Of a stretch of 64,000 nt of DNA, positions 18,799 through 27,031 are shown one piece after another. This stretch comes from Candidatus Wirthbacteria bacterium. Lineage in GTDB: Bacteria; Patescibacteriota; CG2-30-54-11. A model generated the notes under the pieces. The model saw nothing but the letters and a program-made list of their open reading frames with translations. It searched no databases and had not been told where the DNA came from. Every line of letters begins with the position of its first letter. Within the stretch, counting starts at the first letter, position 1. A program made the position numbers and the translations under genes. The stretch covers positions 148-64,147 of the forward strand of contig CAISZI010000040.1 of NCBI GenBank assembly GCA_903889905.1. Reading direction: 5' to 3'.

Positions 18799-19602
18799 GT
18801 GACCCGTTCCAGGCAGTTCAAACAACCATCCATCTGGGCACAATACCGGGGCGGCTTTTCCACCCACACGGCGGTAGCGGTAGGGATGTTCGGGGTCATG
18901 ATCTTGATCACGGGTTTTGTGCTGCTGATGATTAACGGGTATTTTCGTAATTATAATTTTGGCAATTTAGCGGGATTGCACTCAACTCCGACCTTGACGC
19001 CGGCAACGGCTACAGTCAAGGAAGTGTGGGGCAAAGCCGAGATCAAGCATGGTACGGATGACCAGGCCGCTTGGTCACCGTTGGTGGAAAATGAATTGAT
19101 CGTTTCTGGTGATGAAATCCGCACCGGAGTGGATGGATTGGTTACGATTGCAATTCCTGGCGGCAGTGAAACGCGGGTTAATCATCAATCACTCCTAACC
19201 TATGCCTTTGGCGTGAACACCAAAAACGCGAGACAAATTGGCGTGACCGTGAAACAGCTCATGGGAGAGATTTATCACCTTGTTATCGAAAATAGTGGCA
19301 ACCAGTTGACTTACACCGTGCTCACCCCGAATTTTGTCATGACAGCCACCGAAAATAGCAGCAGCAATACCTTTGTGAGTACCGAGCCAGTCGAGGCCAC
19401 TGTTCAAACAGTCAGCGGTGTGGTGGTAGTGGCGCCACCGGATGGCAACGAAGCCACCACGACCAATCTGGTGGAAGCGCAGCAAATAATCACCGATCCC
19501 AATCACCAGGGTCTGACCATTTGGAACATTCCCACCAAGCAGCCGAATTCCTCCTGGATCATTGCCAACATGCAATTAGACAAAACCAACGCTATTCATT
19601 GA
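18799..19602 (+). CDS. Hypothetical protein with one N-terminal TM helix (MFGVMILITGFVLLMI) and a Thr/Val-rich extracytoplasmic beta-rich domain
   Basis: ORF with a GTG start. Hydrophobic anchor. No family recognised. Confidence 0.45.
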   Translation: MTRSRQFKQPSIWAQYRGGFSTHTAVAVGMFGVMILITGFVLLMINGYFRNYNFGNLAGLHSTPTLTPATATVKEVWGKAEIKHGTDDQAAWSPLVENELIVSGDEIRTGVDGLVTIAIPGGSETRVNHQSLLTYAFGVNTKNARQIGVTVKQLMGEIYHLVIENSGNQLTYTVLTPNFVMTATENSSSNTFVSTEPVEATVQTVSGVVVVAPPDGNEATTTNLVEAQQIITDPNHQGLTIWNIPTKQPNSSWIIANMQLDKTNAIH

Positions 19603-19659
19603 ATTAATTCCCTCAACTCGGTACAATCAGGCCCTTACTTTGGACACAAGGGGCCACCC

Positions 19660-20616
19660 ATGTCGGAAGTTGTATCCTTGCCAGTCAAACCACTAATAGT
19701 GATTGCTTTGGGCGGGAATGCAATTTTGCGTGCCAGGGAAAAAGGGACTTACAACGAGCAGATGGCCAATGTGAGTGCGACTTCTGCCAATTTGGCAAAA
19801 CTGGTTATGGGGAATTTCCGTGTCGTGATTACGCATGGCAATGGCCCGCAAGTTGGCAATTTGTTGATTCAACACGCGGCCGCCCAAAACCAGGTGCCAG
19901 CTTTGCCCATGGATGCCTGTGGCGCACAAAGCCAAGGTCAAATTGGTTATATGATGCAGCAAACGATGCGACAGCATTTGCGTGCGGCGGGTTCGGTTGT
20001 TGACGTGGGGACGCTGGTGACGCAAGTGGAAGTCGATGCCGCTGATCCAGCCTTTGCCAAACCAACCAAACCCGTGGGACCGTTTTATGATGCGGCGACA
20101 GCCGAACGCATGCGGTCACAGGGTTACTGCGTGATCGAAGACAGCGGCCGTGGTTATCGTCGTGTTGTACCGTCGCCGATTCCTCAACATATTGTTGAAA
20201 TAAATATTGTGCGCGCGCTGGCCAAGGCTGGCATTGTGGCGATTGCCGCGGGTGGCGGCGGTGTGCCCGTTGTTGCAACCGAGGCAGGATATAAAGGAGT
20301 GGAAGCCGTGATCGACAAAGACATGGCCGGGTCGTTGCTCGCACATGAACTGGACGCTGACTTGTTTGTCGTTCTCACCGACGTCAGCCGTGTCTGCCTG
20401 CATTACAAACAGCCGGATCAGGAAGAACTTAAATCCATGAGTTTGTCACAAGCGCATCGGTACCTCAGCGAAGGACACTTTGCCGCTGGCAGTATGGGTC
20501 CAAAAGTGCTGGCCTGCATGAAATTCATCGAACGTGGCGGCAAGCAAGCGATCATTACGAATCCGGCGAGTATATTGGAGGCGGTTAAAGGGGAGGCGGG
20601 GACTGTAATTTATTAA
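19660..20616 (+). CDS. arcC: Carbamate kinase
   Basis: 318 aa, amino-acid-kinase fold (ALGGNA, ITHGNGPQVG, GGGGVPV). AAGGGG RBS. Confidence 0.85.
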   Translation: MSEVVSLPVKPLIVIALGGNAILRAREKGTYNEQMANVSATSANLAKLVMGNFRVVITHGNGPQVGNLLIQHAAAQNQVPALPMDACGAQSQGQIGYMMQQTMRQHLRAAGSVVDVGTLVTQVEVDAADPAFAKPTKPVGPFYDAATAERMRSQGYCVIEDSGRGYRRVVPSPIPQHIVEINIVRALAKAGIVAIAAGGGGVPVVATEAGYKGVEAVIDKDMAGSLLAHELDADLFVVLTDVSRVCLHYKQPDQEELKSMSLSQAHRYLSEGHFAAGSMGPKVLACMKFIERGGKQAIITNPASILEAVKGEAGTVIY

Positions 20617-20640
20617 TTCTGGAACAAAGCGACAAAGTCC

Positions 20641-20733
20641 GTCATTGCGAGGAGTCATCGACGCGGCAATCTTTCGGCTTTTGGGAGGAAAGATTGCCAC
20701 GTCACCCCGTCAGAACGGGATTCCTCGCAATGA
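20641..20733. repeat. MITE-like palindromic element, copy 2 (GTCATTGCGAGGA...GGCAATCTTTCGGCTTTTGGGAGGAAAGATTGCC...TTCCTCGCAATGAC)
   Basis: Same terminal and inner inverted-repeat structure as the copy at 2206. Confidence 0.7.
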
Positions 20734-20767
20734 CAGAATTAACTAATGACATCAACAGGAGAGTAAA

Positions 20768-23104
20768 ATGTTTCGTCAGAAAGTGATCATCATGGGCGCG
20801 GCGGGGCGAGATTTTCACAACTTCAACGTCTACTTCCGCGACAAGGAAGAATTTGAGGTTGTCGCTTTTACGGCGACGCAGATTCCCAATATTGACGGCC
20901 GCAAATACCCGGCCGAACTGGCGGGTACGCTTTACCCCGATGGCATCGATATTTACCGCGAAGAAGAGCTGTCGCAACTGATCAAACGTTTTGATGCCCG
21001 TACCGTCGTTTTTGCCTATTCGGATGTTAGCCATGAGTACGTCATGCATCGCGTTTCATTGGCCAATGCCGTGGGGGCCAATTTCCTGCTGCTCGGAGTG
21101 AGGGACACCATGATTAAGTCGATCAAACCCGTGATTTCGATCTGTGCCGTGCGCACCGGCAGTGGCAAAAGTCAGACATCGCGTGCGGTGGTTGGTTTTT
21201 TGAAGACGCAAGGCCTCAAGGTTGTGGCCGTGCGCCACCCTATGCCTTATGGCGACCTGGCCAAACAGGCGGTGCAGCGTTTTGCCACTTACGATGACTT
21301 TGCCAAACACGAGTGCACGTTTGAGGAGCGCGAAGAATATGAGCCCTACATTGAGCAGGGATTGGTGATTTATGCCGGTGTGGATTATGGTGCCATTCTG
21401 ACGCAAGCCGAAGCTGAGGCCGATGTGATTGTCTGGGATGGTGGCAACAACGACACACCTTTTTTCGTTCCGGACCTTAATATCGTTGTCGTCGACCCAC
21501 ACCGTCCGGGCCATGAGCTTAAGTATTATCCTGGCGAAACCAACCTGCGCATGGCCGACGTGATTGTGATCAACAAAATGGACAGCGCCCAGCCTGAGGG
21601 CATCGAAACCGTCAAAGCCAACATTGCCAAATACAACAGTCGCGCCCGGGTGATCGAAGCGGATTCGATTATCGACGTAGCTGATCCGACGCTGATTAAC
21701 AATATGCGCGTGCTCGCCATTGAAGATGGTCCAACCGTGACACACGGTGGTATGGGGTATGGTGCCGCCTACATTGCAGCGGAAAAGTTCAAAGCCTGGC
21801 AAATCGTCGATCCGCGGCCATTTGCGGTGGGTTCAATCAAGGCAACCTTTGCCAAATACAGCCACCTCGACAAAGTCCTGCCGGCCATGGGTTATGGCTC
21901 CGCGCAAATGCAGGAACTCGAGGACACGATCAACGCGAGCAATGCCGAAGCGGTTGTAATTGGTACTCCCGTGGATCTGGGCAAGCTGTTGCATATCAAT
22001 AAACCCTATACCCGCGTCACTTACCGTTTGGCGGAACGTGGCGACCTCAAACTTGCCGAGGTTTTACAACCGTTCATTCCTGCCACAACTATCCCAACTG
22101 TTCAAAGTCCCGCTTCAACCATCACCCCAAGGAGTGTCTCCATGCCAGCGACAAACCTTCCCCAGAACTCGGTTCGGCATTTACTCCATTTCAAAGATTA
22201 CACCGGCGCCGAACTGCGCGAGATCCTCGACCTGGCGCACAAAATCAAAGCCAGTCCCAAGGAATACTGGTTTGCTCTTGACCACCAGACGCTGGTCATG
22301 CTGTTTCAAAAGAATTCGACCCGCACCCGCGTCTCCTTTGAAACCGGGCTCACTCAGCTCGGCGGCCACGCCATTTTTCTGGATTGGAAAAATACCCAGC
22401 TGGACAAAGCGAGCCTTCCTGATGAAGCGCGCTGCCTGGCTCGCTATGGCAACATGATCGCCGCGCGGCTCAAAAAGCACAGCGACATCGAGCAGATTGC
22501 CGCCTATAGTCGCGTACCAGTGATCAACATGCTGTGCGAGAAATACCATCCCTGCCAGTCACTCGCCGATTTGCTCACCATCGAAGAACATTTGGGCAAA
22601 CTGGAAGGCAAGAATATTGTCTACACTGGCATTGCCAACAATGTCTCCAACACATTGGTTGACGCCGGCACCAAGCTTGGCGCCAATGTCATCCTGGCCG
22701 TACCCGAAAAAGACCCGGATGCCCTGGACCCCGAACTTGAAGCCGCTGCCATGGCCACTGGTCGCTATCACGAAACCACAGATTTGCTCGAAGTCATGCC
22801 CACAGCCGACGTCGTCTACACCGACACCTGGGTCAATATGGAGCATTTTGACGACCCCAAATTCGCCGCCGAGAAAGCCCGCCGCGAGAAGCTTTTCGCG
22901 CCCTACCAGGTGAGTGCCGCGCTGCTGGAGAAGACCGGAAGCCATGCCCTGATCATGCACGACCTCCCAGCCCACGATGGCTATGAAATCACTCGGGATG
23001 CCATTGAGCACCCCAATTCCATCATCTTCGACCAGGCCGAGAACCGGCTGCATGCCCAGAAGGCAGTCATGGTGTGGTTGCTGCAGAAGAATAAGATGGT
23101 ATAA
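20768..23104 (+). CDS. Fusion protein. The N-terminal ~440 aa are a COG2403-like P-loop NTPase (cyclic 2,3-diphosphoglycerate-synthetase-family 'predicted GTPase'; Walker A AVRTGSGKSQTS, Walker B IVWDGGNND). The C-terminal ~330 aa are an ornithine/putrescine carbamoyltransferase (STRTRVSFE, HPCQ, HDLPA).
   Basis: 778-aa uninterrupted ORF with an AGGAG RBS. OTC motifs are unambiguous. The N-terminal family assignment is by eye. Confidence 0.75.
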   Translation: MFRQKVIIMGAAGRDFHNFNVYFRDKEEFEVVAFTATQIPNIDGRKYPAELAGTLYPDGIDIYREEELSQLIKRFDARTVVFAYSDVSHEYVMHRVSLANAVGANFLLLGVRDTMIKSIKPVISICAVRTGSGKSQTSRAVVGFLKTQGLKVVAVRHPMPYGDLAKQAVQRFATYDDFAKHECTFEEREEYEPYIEQGLVIYAGVDYGAILTQAEAEADVIVWDGGNNDTPFFVPDLNIVVVDPHRPGHELKYYPGETNLRMADVIVINKMDSAQPEGIETVKANIAKYNSRARVIEADSIIDVADPTLINNMRVLAIEDGPTVTHGGMGYGAAYIAAEKFKAWQIVDPRPFAVGSIKATFAKYSHLDKVLPAMGYGSAQMQELEDTINASNAEAVVIGTPVDLGKLLHINKPYTRVTYRLAERGDLKLAEVLQPFIPATTIPTVQSPASTITPRSVSMPATNLPQNSVRHLLHFKDYTGAELREILDLAHKIKASPKEYWFALDHQTLVMLFQKNSTRTRVSFETGLTQLGGHAIFLDWKNTQLDKASLPDEARCLARYGNMIAARLKKHSDIEQIAAYSRVPVINMLCEKYHPCQSLADLLTIEEHLGKLEGKNIVYTGIANNVSNTLVDAGTKLGANVILAVPEKDPDALDPELEAAAMATGRYHETTDLLEVMPTADVVYTDTWVNMEHFDDPKFAAEKARREKLFAPYQVSAALLEKTGSHALIMHDLPAHDGYEITRDAIEHPNSIIFDQAENRLHAQKAVMVWLLQKNKMV
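23018..23104 (+). repeat. Direct repeat, copy 1: the true 3' end of the OTC-fusion gene
   Basis: About 90% identical to 23498-23585 over ~88 bp. The last 40 bp are identical. Confidence 0.8.
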
Positions 23105-23148
23105 TCAATTCTCACCTTGATATCTTATTTTTATAAGTCTGAGAATTT

Positions 23149-23490
23149 ATGTCGGAAATCGGCATTGGTGATTATGGTATTGCTGCCGATGGCGAGTACG
23201 ATCCGGCAGGCGAAATGCATGATTCGAGATCACCAGAAATATGTGTAGGGGAGTTACGATCTCTGAATGAAAGTATGCATAGTTTAGTAACGGAGTTACG
23301 TTATTTATATACGGAGATTGAAGCCTTGCGAGCGCAAGGAAATCTCAATAAACAAGATCAAAGAAAGTTAAAAAGACTCCAAAACGACGCACCAAGCACA
23401 TTAAATGTGCTGGAAAAGAAAAGGAAAAAATTTGCCACGCGACGCCAGTGGTATATTGATCATGATCCGAGTTATGCCGGCTTTAAGTAA
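23149..23490 (+). CDS. Hypothetical small coiled-coil protein of 113 aa in an AT-rich insert
   Basis: ORF between the two copies of the OTC 3'-end repeat. No family recognised. Confidence 0.4.
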   Translation: MSEIGIGDYGIAADGEYDPAGEMHDSRSPEICVGELRSLNESMHSLVTELRYLYTEIEALRAQGNLNKQDQRKLKRLQNDAPSTLNVLEKKRKKFATRRQWYIDHDPSYAGFK

Positions 23491-23497
23491 TCAAACT

Positions 23498-23585
23498 CCT
23501 TCATCTTCCACCAGGCCGAAAACCGCATGCATACTCAGAAGGCATTGCTGGTGTGGTTGCTGCAGAAGAATAAGATGGTATAATC
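23498..23585 (+). repeat. Direct repeat, copy 2: a relic, displaced copy of the OTC 3' end. Still encodes ...IFHQAENRMHTQKALLVWLLQKNKMV*.
   Basis: Alignment to 23018-23104 read directly. Confidence 0.8.
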
Positions 23586-23605
23586 TATAACCTCGCTGCA
23601 ATGCG

Positions 23606-23983
23606 GTGGAATCTATCTATTTTTATCGAGGTTGGAAAATGGCTAAATCGACTGTTGAATTAACTGCTGAGGGTAAATCCCAACAAGCGTTTTTGGATGA
23701 GATCAAACTCGATGAAAATAACGCACACGCAGACATTATAAAGGATATTGATGAATTGATTTTAGAAATTGATACAAAGGGTGAAGTCGAAGCCGATCGG
23801 TACTCAGCAGCTATTAAGAATTTTAATGATTTTTTTGATATTCGTTTGCCTCAAAACTTTGCTATTGATTATGTTCACATTCAAATTCTACTTGATTTAG
23901 TTGAAGCAGAATTGTCGCGCTTGAGTAAAACTGACAGTGAGCCGACTTTGGATCAGGTTGGCGGGCTTGAGGGGCAGGGGTAG
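23606..23983 (+). CDS. Hypothetical small acidic protein (likely start at MAKSTVEL, 23639)
   Basis: ORF in the AT-rich islet. No family recognised. Confidence 0.35.
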   Translation: MESIYFYRGWKMAKSTVELTAEGKSQQAFLDEIKLDENNAHADIIKDIDELILEIDTKGEVEADRYSAAIKNFNDFFDIRLPQNFAIDYVHIQILLDLVEAELSRLSKTDSEPTLDQVGGLEGQG

Positions 23984-24162
23984 TGAGGACGTCGCTGGCG
24001 GATCCAGATTTAGCCAAATAATCTGAAATTATTAACTCAATTTTCATGGAGGTGCAAACTGGACGAGATTGATGATAGTGGTTACCAAGGAGAGACAGAT
24101 CGACCGAATGCCTCTCTGACGGTGGTTCAAATTGCGGCAAAAGTATTAGCTGATCAGCAGCA

Positions 24163-24453
24163 ATGACTGCTCATCCTGTAGATTTAGGAGAATCTCCGGC
24201 ACTGGAGCAACAAGAGGACAAGAGCAATTCAATTTTGGCATTGCAGCAGAAAGAATTGGCAGCAAAGTATCAAGAGAATATTTTATTAGCTGAGTACAAT
24301 GCCCTAAAATCTAGACCATCCACTGCACTTGCAGATATTGATGCCGCCTTCGATCGTTTAGTTGCAGCATCCACGCGAGTAAATAATTTGGAGATAGACT
24401 TGCACAAATTATGCAAGGGGCCAGGCTCAGATGAAAATGGTTCATTTAGATAA
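24163..24453 (+). CDS. Hypothetical small coiled-coil protein of 96 aa
   Basis: ORF in the AT-rich islet. No family recognised. Confidence 0.35.
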   Translation: MTAHPVDLGESPALEQQEDKSNSILALQQKELAAKYQENILLAEYNALKSRPSTALADIDAAFDRLVAASTRVNNLEIDLHKLCKGPGSDENGSFR

Positions 24454-24713
24454 TCAAAAATGAACATATTGTAATTTCATCAAAGAATGCTGAATTGACT
24501 AGCTGAAGTGGGAATAAAACCTTGACCGCTCACATTATTTCTGTTAGTTTGTTGGCGGTCCGAAAATGATGTTTAATGCTTATTAACCATGCTCAAACTG
24601 ATTCGTCTTTGCCGTCGCATGAAGCCCGAACTCGAGCTGTGATTACTATTCCCCTTTACCATTGGTAACAGGGGATTTTTTTTGGCCATTTATCAACCAT
24701 TCTGGAGGGCAGT

Positions 24714-26033
24714 ATGCCTAACTTCGTCGGACGCGACATCATATCCATGGATGAATTCAGCCGCGAGGACATCATGTATGTCATGCGCGTGGCTGAGCTG
24801 ATGGAAAAAAACAAATATCCCGAGCTGCTCAAGGGCCTGATCGTGTCCACGTTGTTCTTCGAACCCTCTACTCGCACGCGCCTTTCCTTTGAGACCGCCG
24901 CGCTGCAGATCGGTGCCCAGGTCATTTCCACGACCGGCGCCCAGTTTTCGTCACTCTACAAAGGTGAAACGTTGCAGGATACTGCTGCGGTGATCGGTGG
25001 CTATGCCGATGTGCTGGTCATGCGCCACCCGGAAAAAGGTTCTGCCCGTGCGCTTGCCGATGGTACCGACAAACCCATCATTAATGGTGGTGACGGCCCC
25101 GGCGATCATCCAACTCAAACGCTTTTGGACCTTTATACCATCCTTTCAGCCAAAGGGACACTGGATAACCTCAAGATTGGCTTTGTCGGTGATCTCAAAT
25201 ACGGGCGTACCGTGCACTCACTGGCTACGGCACTGCGCTTTTTTAACCCCGAACTCTATTTCATCGCGCCCAAAGCACTCGCCATGCCCGACGAGTACAA
25301 GGAACGCCTCGACAATGCCGCAGTCAAATACCACGAGAGCGAAAATCTGGATGACTTTATCGGCGAGGTGGACATCCTGTATGTGACCCGTGTGCAGAAA
25401 GAACGCTTTACCGACGTCGAGGAATACAACAAGTACAAACTCATGTACATCATCGGTAATGACACCCTCAACAAAGCGCGCAAAGATGTTTCGATTATGC
25501 ATCCGCTACCACGGGTCGGCGAGATCAAGACCGAAATCGATAACTCCCCCAATGCCATTTACTTCCAGGAAGCCTGGAACGGCGTGCCGGTGCGCAAAGC
25601 CTTGCTCGCACTCGTCACTGGTCGCTTCAAACTCGAAGACCAGACGCAATCGGGTAAATTGGTCAAGAAAAATGTCCTGCTCACGATCGGTTCGGAAGAT
25701 AACAAGAAGAAAATGCTGCCCGACATTCAACAACTCGCCACAGTCGGTTACAACCTCTATGCCACCGCAAAAACACACAAATTCCTCAAGGAAATGGGCG
25801 TCGAAAATACCCAGCTGCACAAGATCAGCGATACCGGCAAGCAACCGAATATCAAAGACTTCCTGGAGCAAAAACGTTTTGACATCATCATCAATATCCC
25901 AAGTGGATTAGGCAGCGAAGAAGCTACGGACGGCAGCCTGATGCGCCGCATGGCCATTGAACAGAGCATTCCGCTGATTACCGACCCGCAGGTGGCGCAC
26001 TTCCTGATCGCGGCGTTGAAGAAGGAAGCGTAA
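24714..26033 (+). CDS. pyrB: Aspartate carbamoyltransferase catalytic chain fused to a C-terminal MGS-like (methylglyoxal-synthase-like) domain
   Basis: STRTRLSFE, HPTQ and HPLP motifs place it in ATCase. The ~115-aa C-terminal domain (KKNVLLTIGSEDNKKK...IINIPSG) resembles the CarB allosteric MGS domain. GGAGGG RBS. Confidence 0.85.
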   Translation: MPNFVGRDIISMDEFSREDIMYVMRVAELMEKNKYPELLKGLIVSTLFFEPSTRTRLSFETAALQIGAQVISTTGAQFSSLYKGETLQDTAAVIGGYADVLVMRHPEKGSARALADGTDKPIINGGDGPGDHPTQTLLDLYTILSAKGTLDNLKIGFVGDLKYGRTVHSLATALRFFNPELYFIAPKALAMPDEYKERLDNAAVKYHESENLDDFIGEVDILYVTRVQKERFTDVEEYNKYKLMYIIGNDTLNKARKDVSIMHPLPRVGEIKTEIDNSPNAIYFQEAWNGVPVRKALLALVTGRFKLEDQTQSGKLVKKNVLLTIGSEDNKKKMLPDIQQLATVGYNLYATAKTHKFLKEMGVENTQLHKISDTGKQPNIKDFLEQKRFDIIINIPSGLGSEEATDGSLMRRMAIEQSIPLITDPQVAHFLIAALKKEA

Positions 26034-26037
26034 GAAT

Positions 26038-26165
26038 TACCTCCTCCTGGCCTCCCCCTAACTTAGGGGGAGGAAGAGGAGTAATTCCTTCCTCTCCCCC
26101 TTTGGGGAAGAGTTAGAGAGAGGGGAATCAGCAGCCCCTCACCCTCCCACCAGGGGAAGGGGAAG
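26038..26165. repeat. G/C-rich hairpin cluster (CTCCTCCTGGCCTCCCCC..GGGGGAGGAAGAGGAG; CCTCTCCCCCTTTGGGGAAGAGTTAGAGAGAGGGGAA) between pyrB and pyrF
   Basis: Shares the 33-nt core with the cluster at 2325-2425. Confidence 0.65.
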
Positions 26166-26166
26166 A

Positions 26167-27027
26167 TTGTGCCAAAGAATTAAAACAATTAGTGAACAGG
26201 TTTGCATGAACTTCCGCGAAAAACTTGATCTCGTTGTGACCCGGAACAATTCTCTGGTTTGCGTTGGGCTGGACAGTGAAATTGCCAAAATGCCGCCGCA
26301 TATCCAGTCCATGGAAGACCCGCAGTTTGAATTCAACAAGTCGATTATTGACGCCACAGCCGACCTTGTGTGCGCCTACAAGCCCAATATCGCTTTTTAC
26401 GAGCTGTTTGGCGCGCGCGGGATCACGTCCCTGCTCAAGACGATCGAATATATCCCCAAAAATATTCCGATCGTGCTCGATGCCAAACGTGGCGACATTG
26501 GCGATACCTCTTATATGTATGCCAAAAGTTATTTTGAGACATTTGGGGTGGATGCCGTGACGATCCACGGGTACATGGGATCTGACACCGTAGCGCCGTT
26601 CATGAAATACGAAGACAAAGCCATTTTTGTGCTGGTCAAGACGTCCAATCCGTCGGCTGTGGAGTTTGAGGACATGGAACTCAAGGATGGCAAAAAACTG
26701 TATATCAAAGTCGCCGAGAAAATCGCGGAGTGGAATGAACTGTATCCGGGCTTGTGTGGTACAGTCGTGGGCGCGACCTTTCCGGCTGATCTGAAGCCGA
26801 TCCGAGTAATTTTACCCGATGTTCCGTTTCTTGTCCCCGGACTGGGGAAACAAGGTGGTGACACTGAGCAAACGGTTTTGAATGGGATGGATGCGCGTGG
26901 CAGAGGGCTTTTGATCAACTCGGCCCGAGCCATCATCTTTGCCGGTAATGGCCTCGACTTTGCCCAAAAAGCCCGTGAAGAAACGCTTAAATTGCGCGAC
27001 AAGATCAACCAGTATCGCAAGGGGTAA
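26167..27027 (+). CDS. pyrF: Orotidine-5'-phosphate decarboxylase (long type 2). TTG start at 26167, or ATG at 26206.
   Basis: VGLDS...DAKRGDIG motifs. Confidence 0.85.
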   Translation: MCQRIKTISEQVCMNFREKLDLVVTRNNSLVCVGLDSEIAKMPPHIQSMEDPQFEFNKSIIDATADLVCAYKPNIAFYELFGARGITSLLKTIEYIPKNIPIVLDAKRGDIGDTSYMYAKSYFETFGVDAVTIHGYMGSDTVAPFMKYEDKAIFVLVKTSNPSAVEFEDMELKDGKKLYIKVAEKIAEWNELYPGLCGTVVGATFPADLKPIRVILPDVPFLVPGLGKQGGDTEQTVLNGMDARGRGLLINSARAIIFAGNGLDFAQKAREETLKLRDKINQYRKG

Positions 27028-27031
27028 AACC

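Noticed and set aside
20768-23104. COG2403–OTC fusion as an annotation artefact of two adjacent genes
   Set aside because: The sequence shows one continuous frame with no stop or shift. I keep it as a fusion but flag it for verification.
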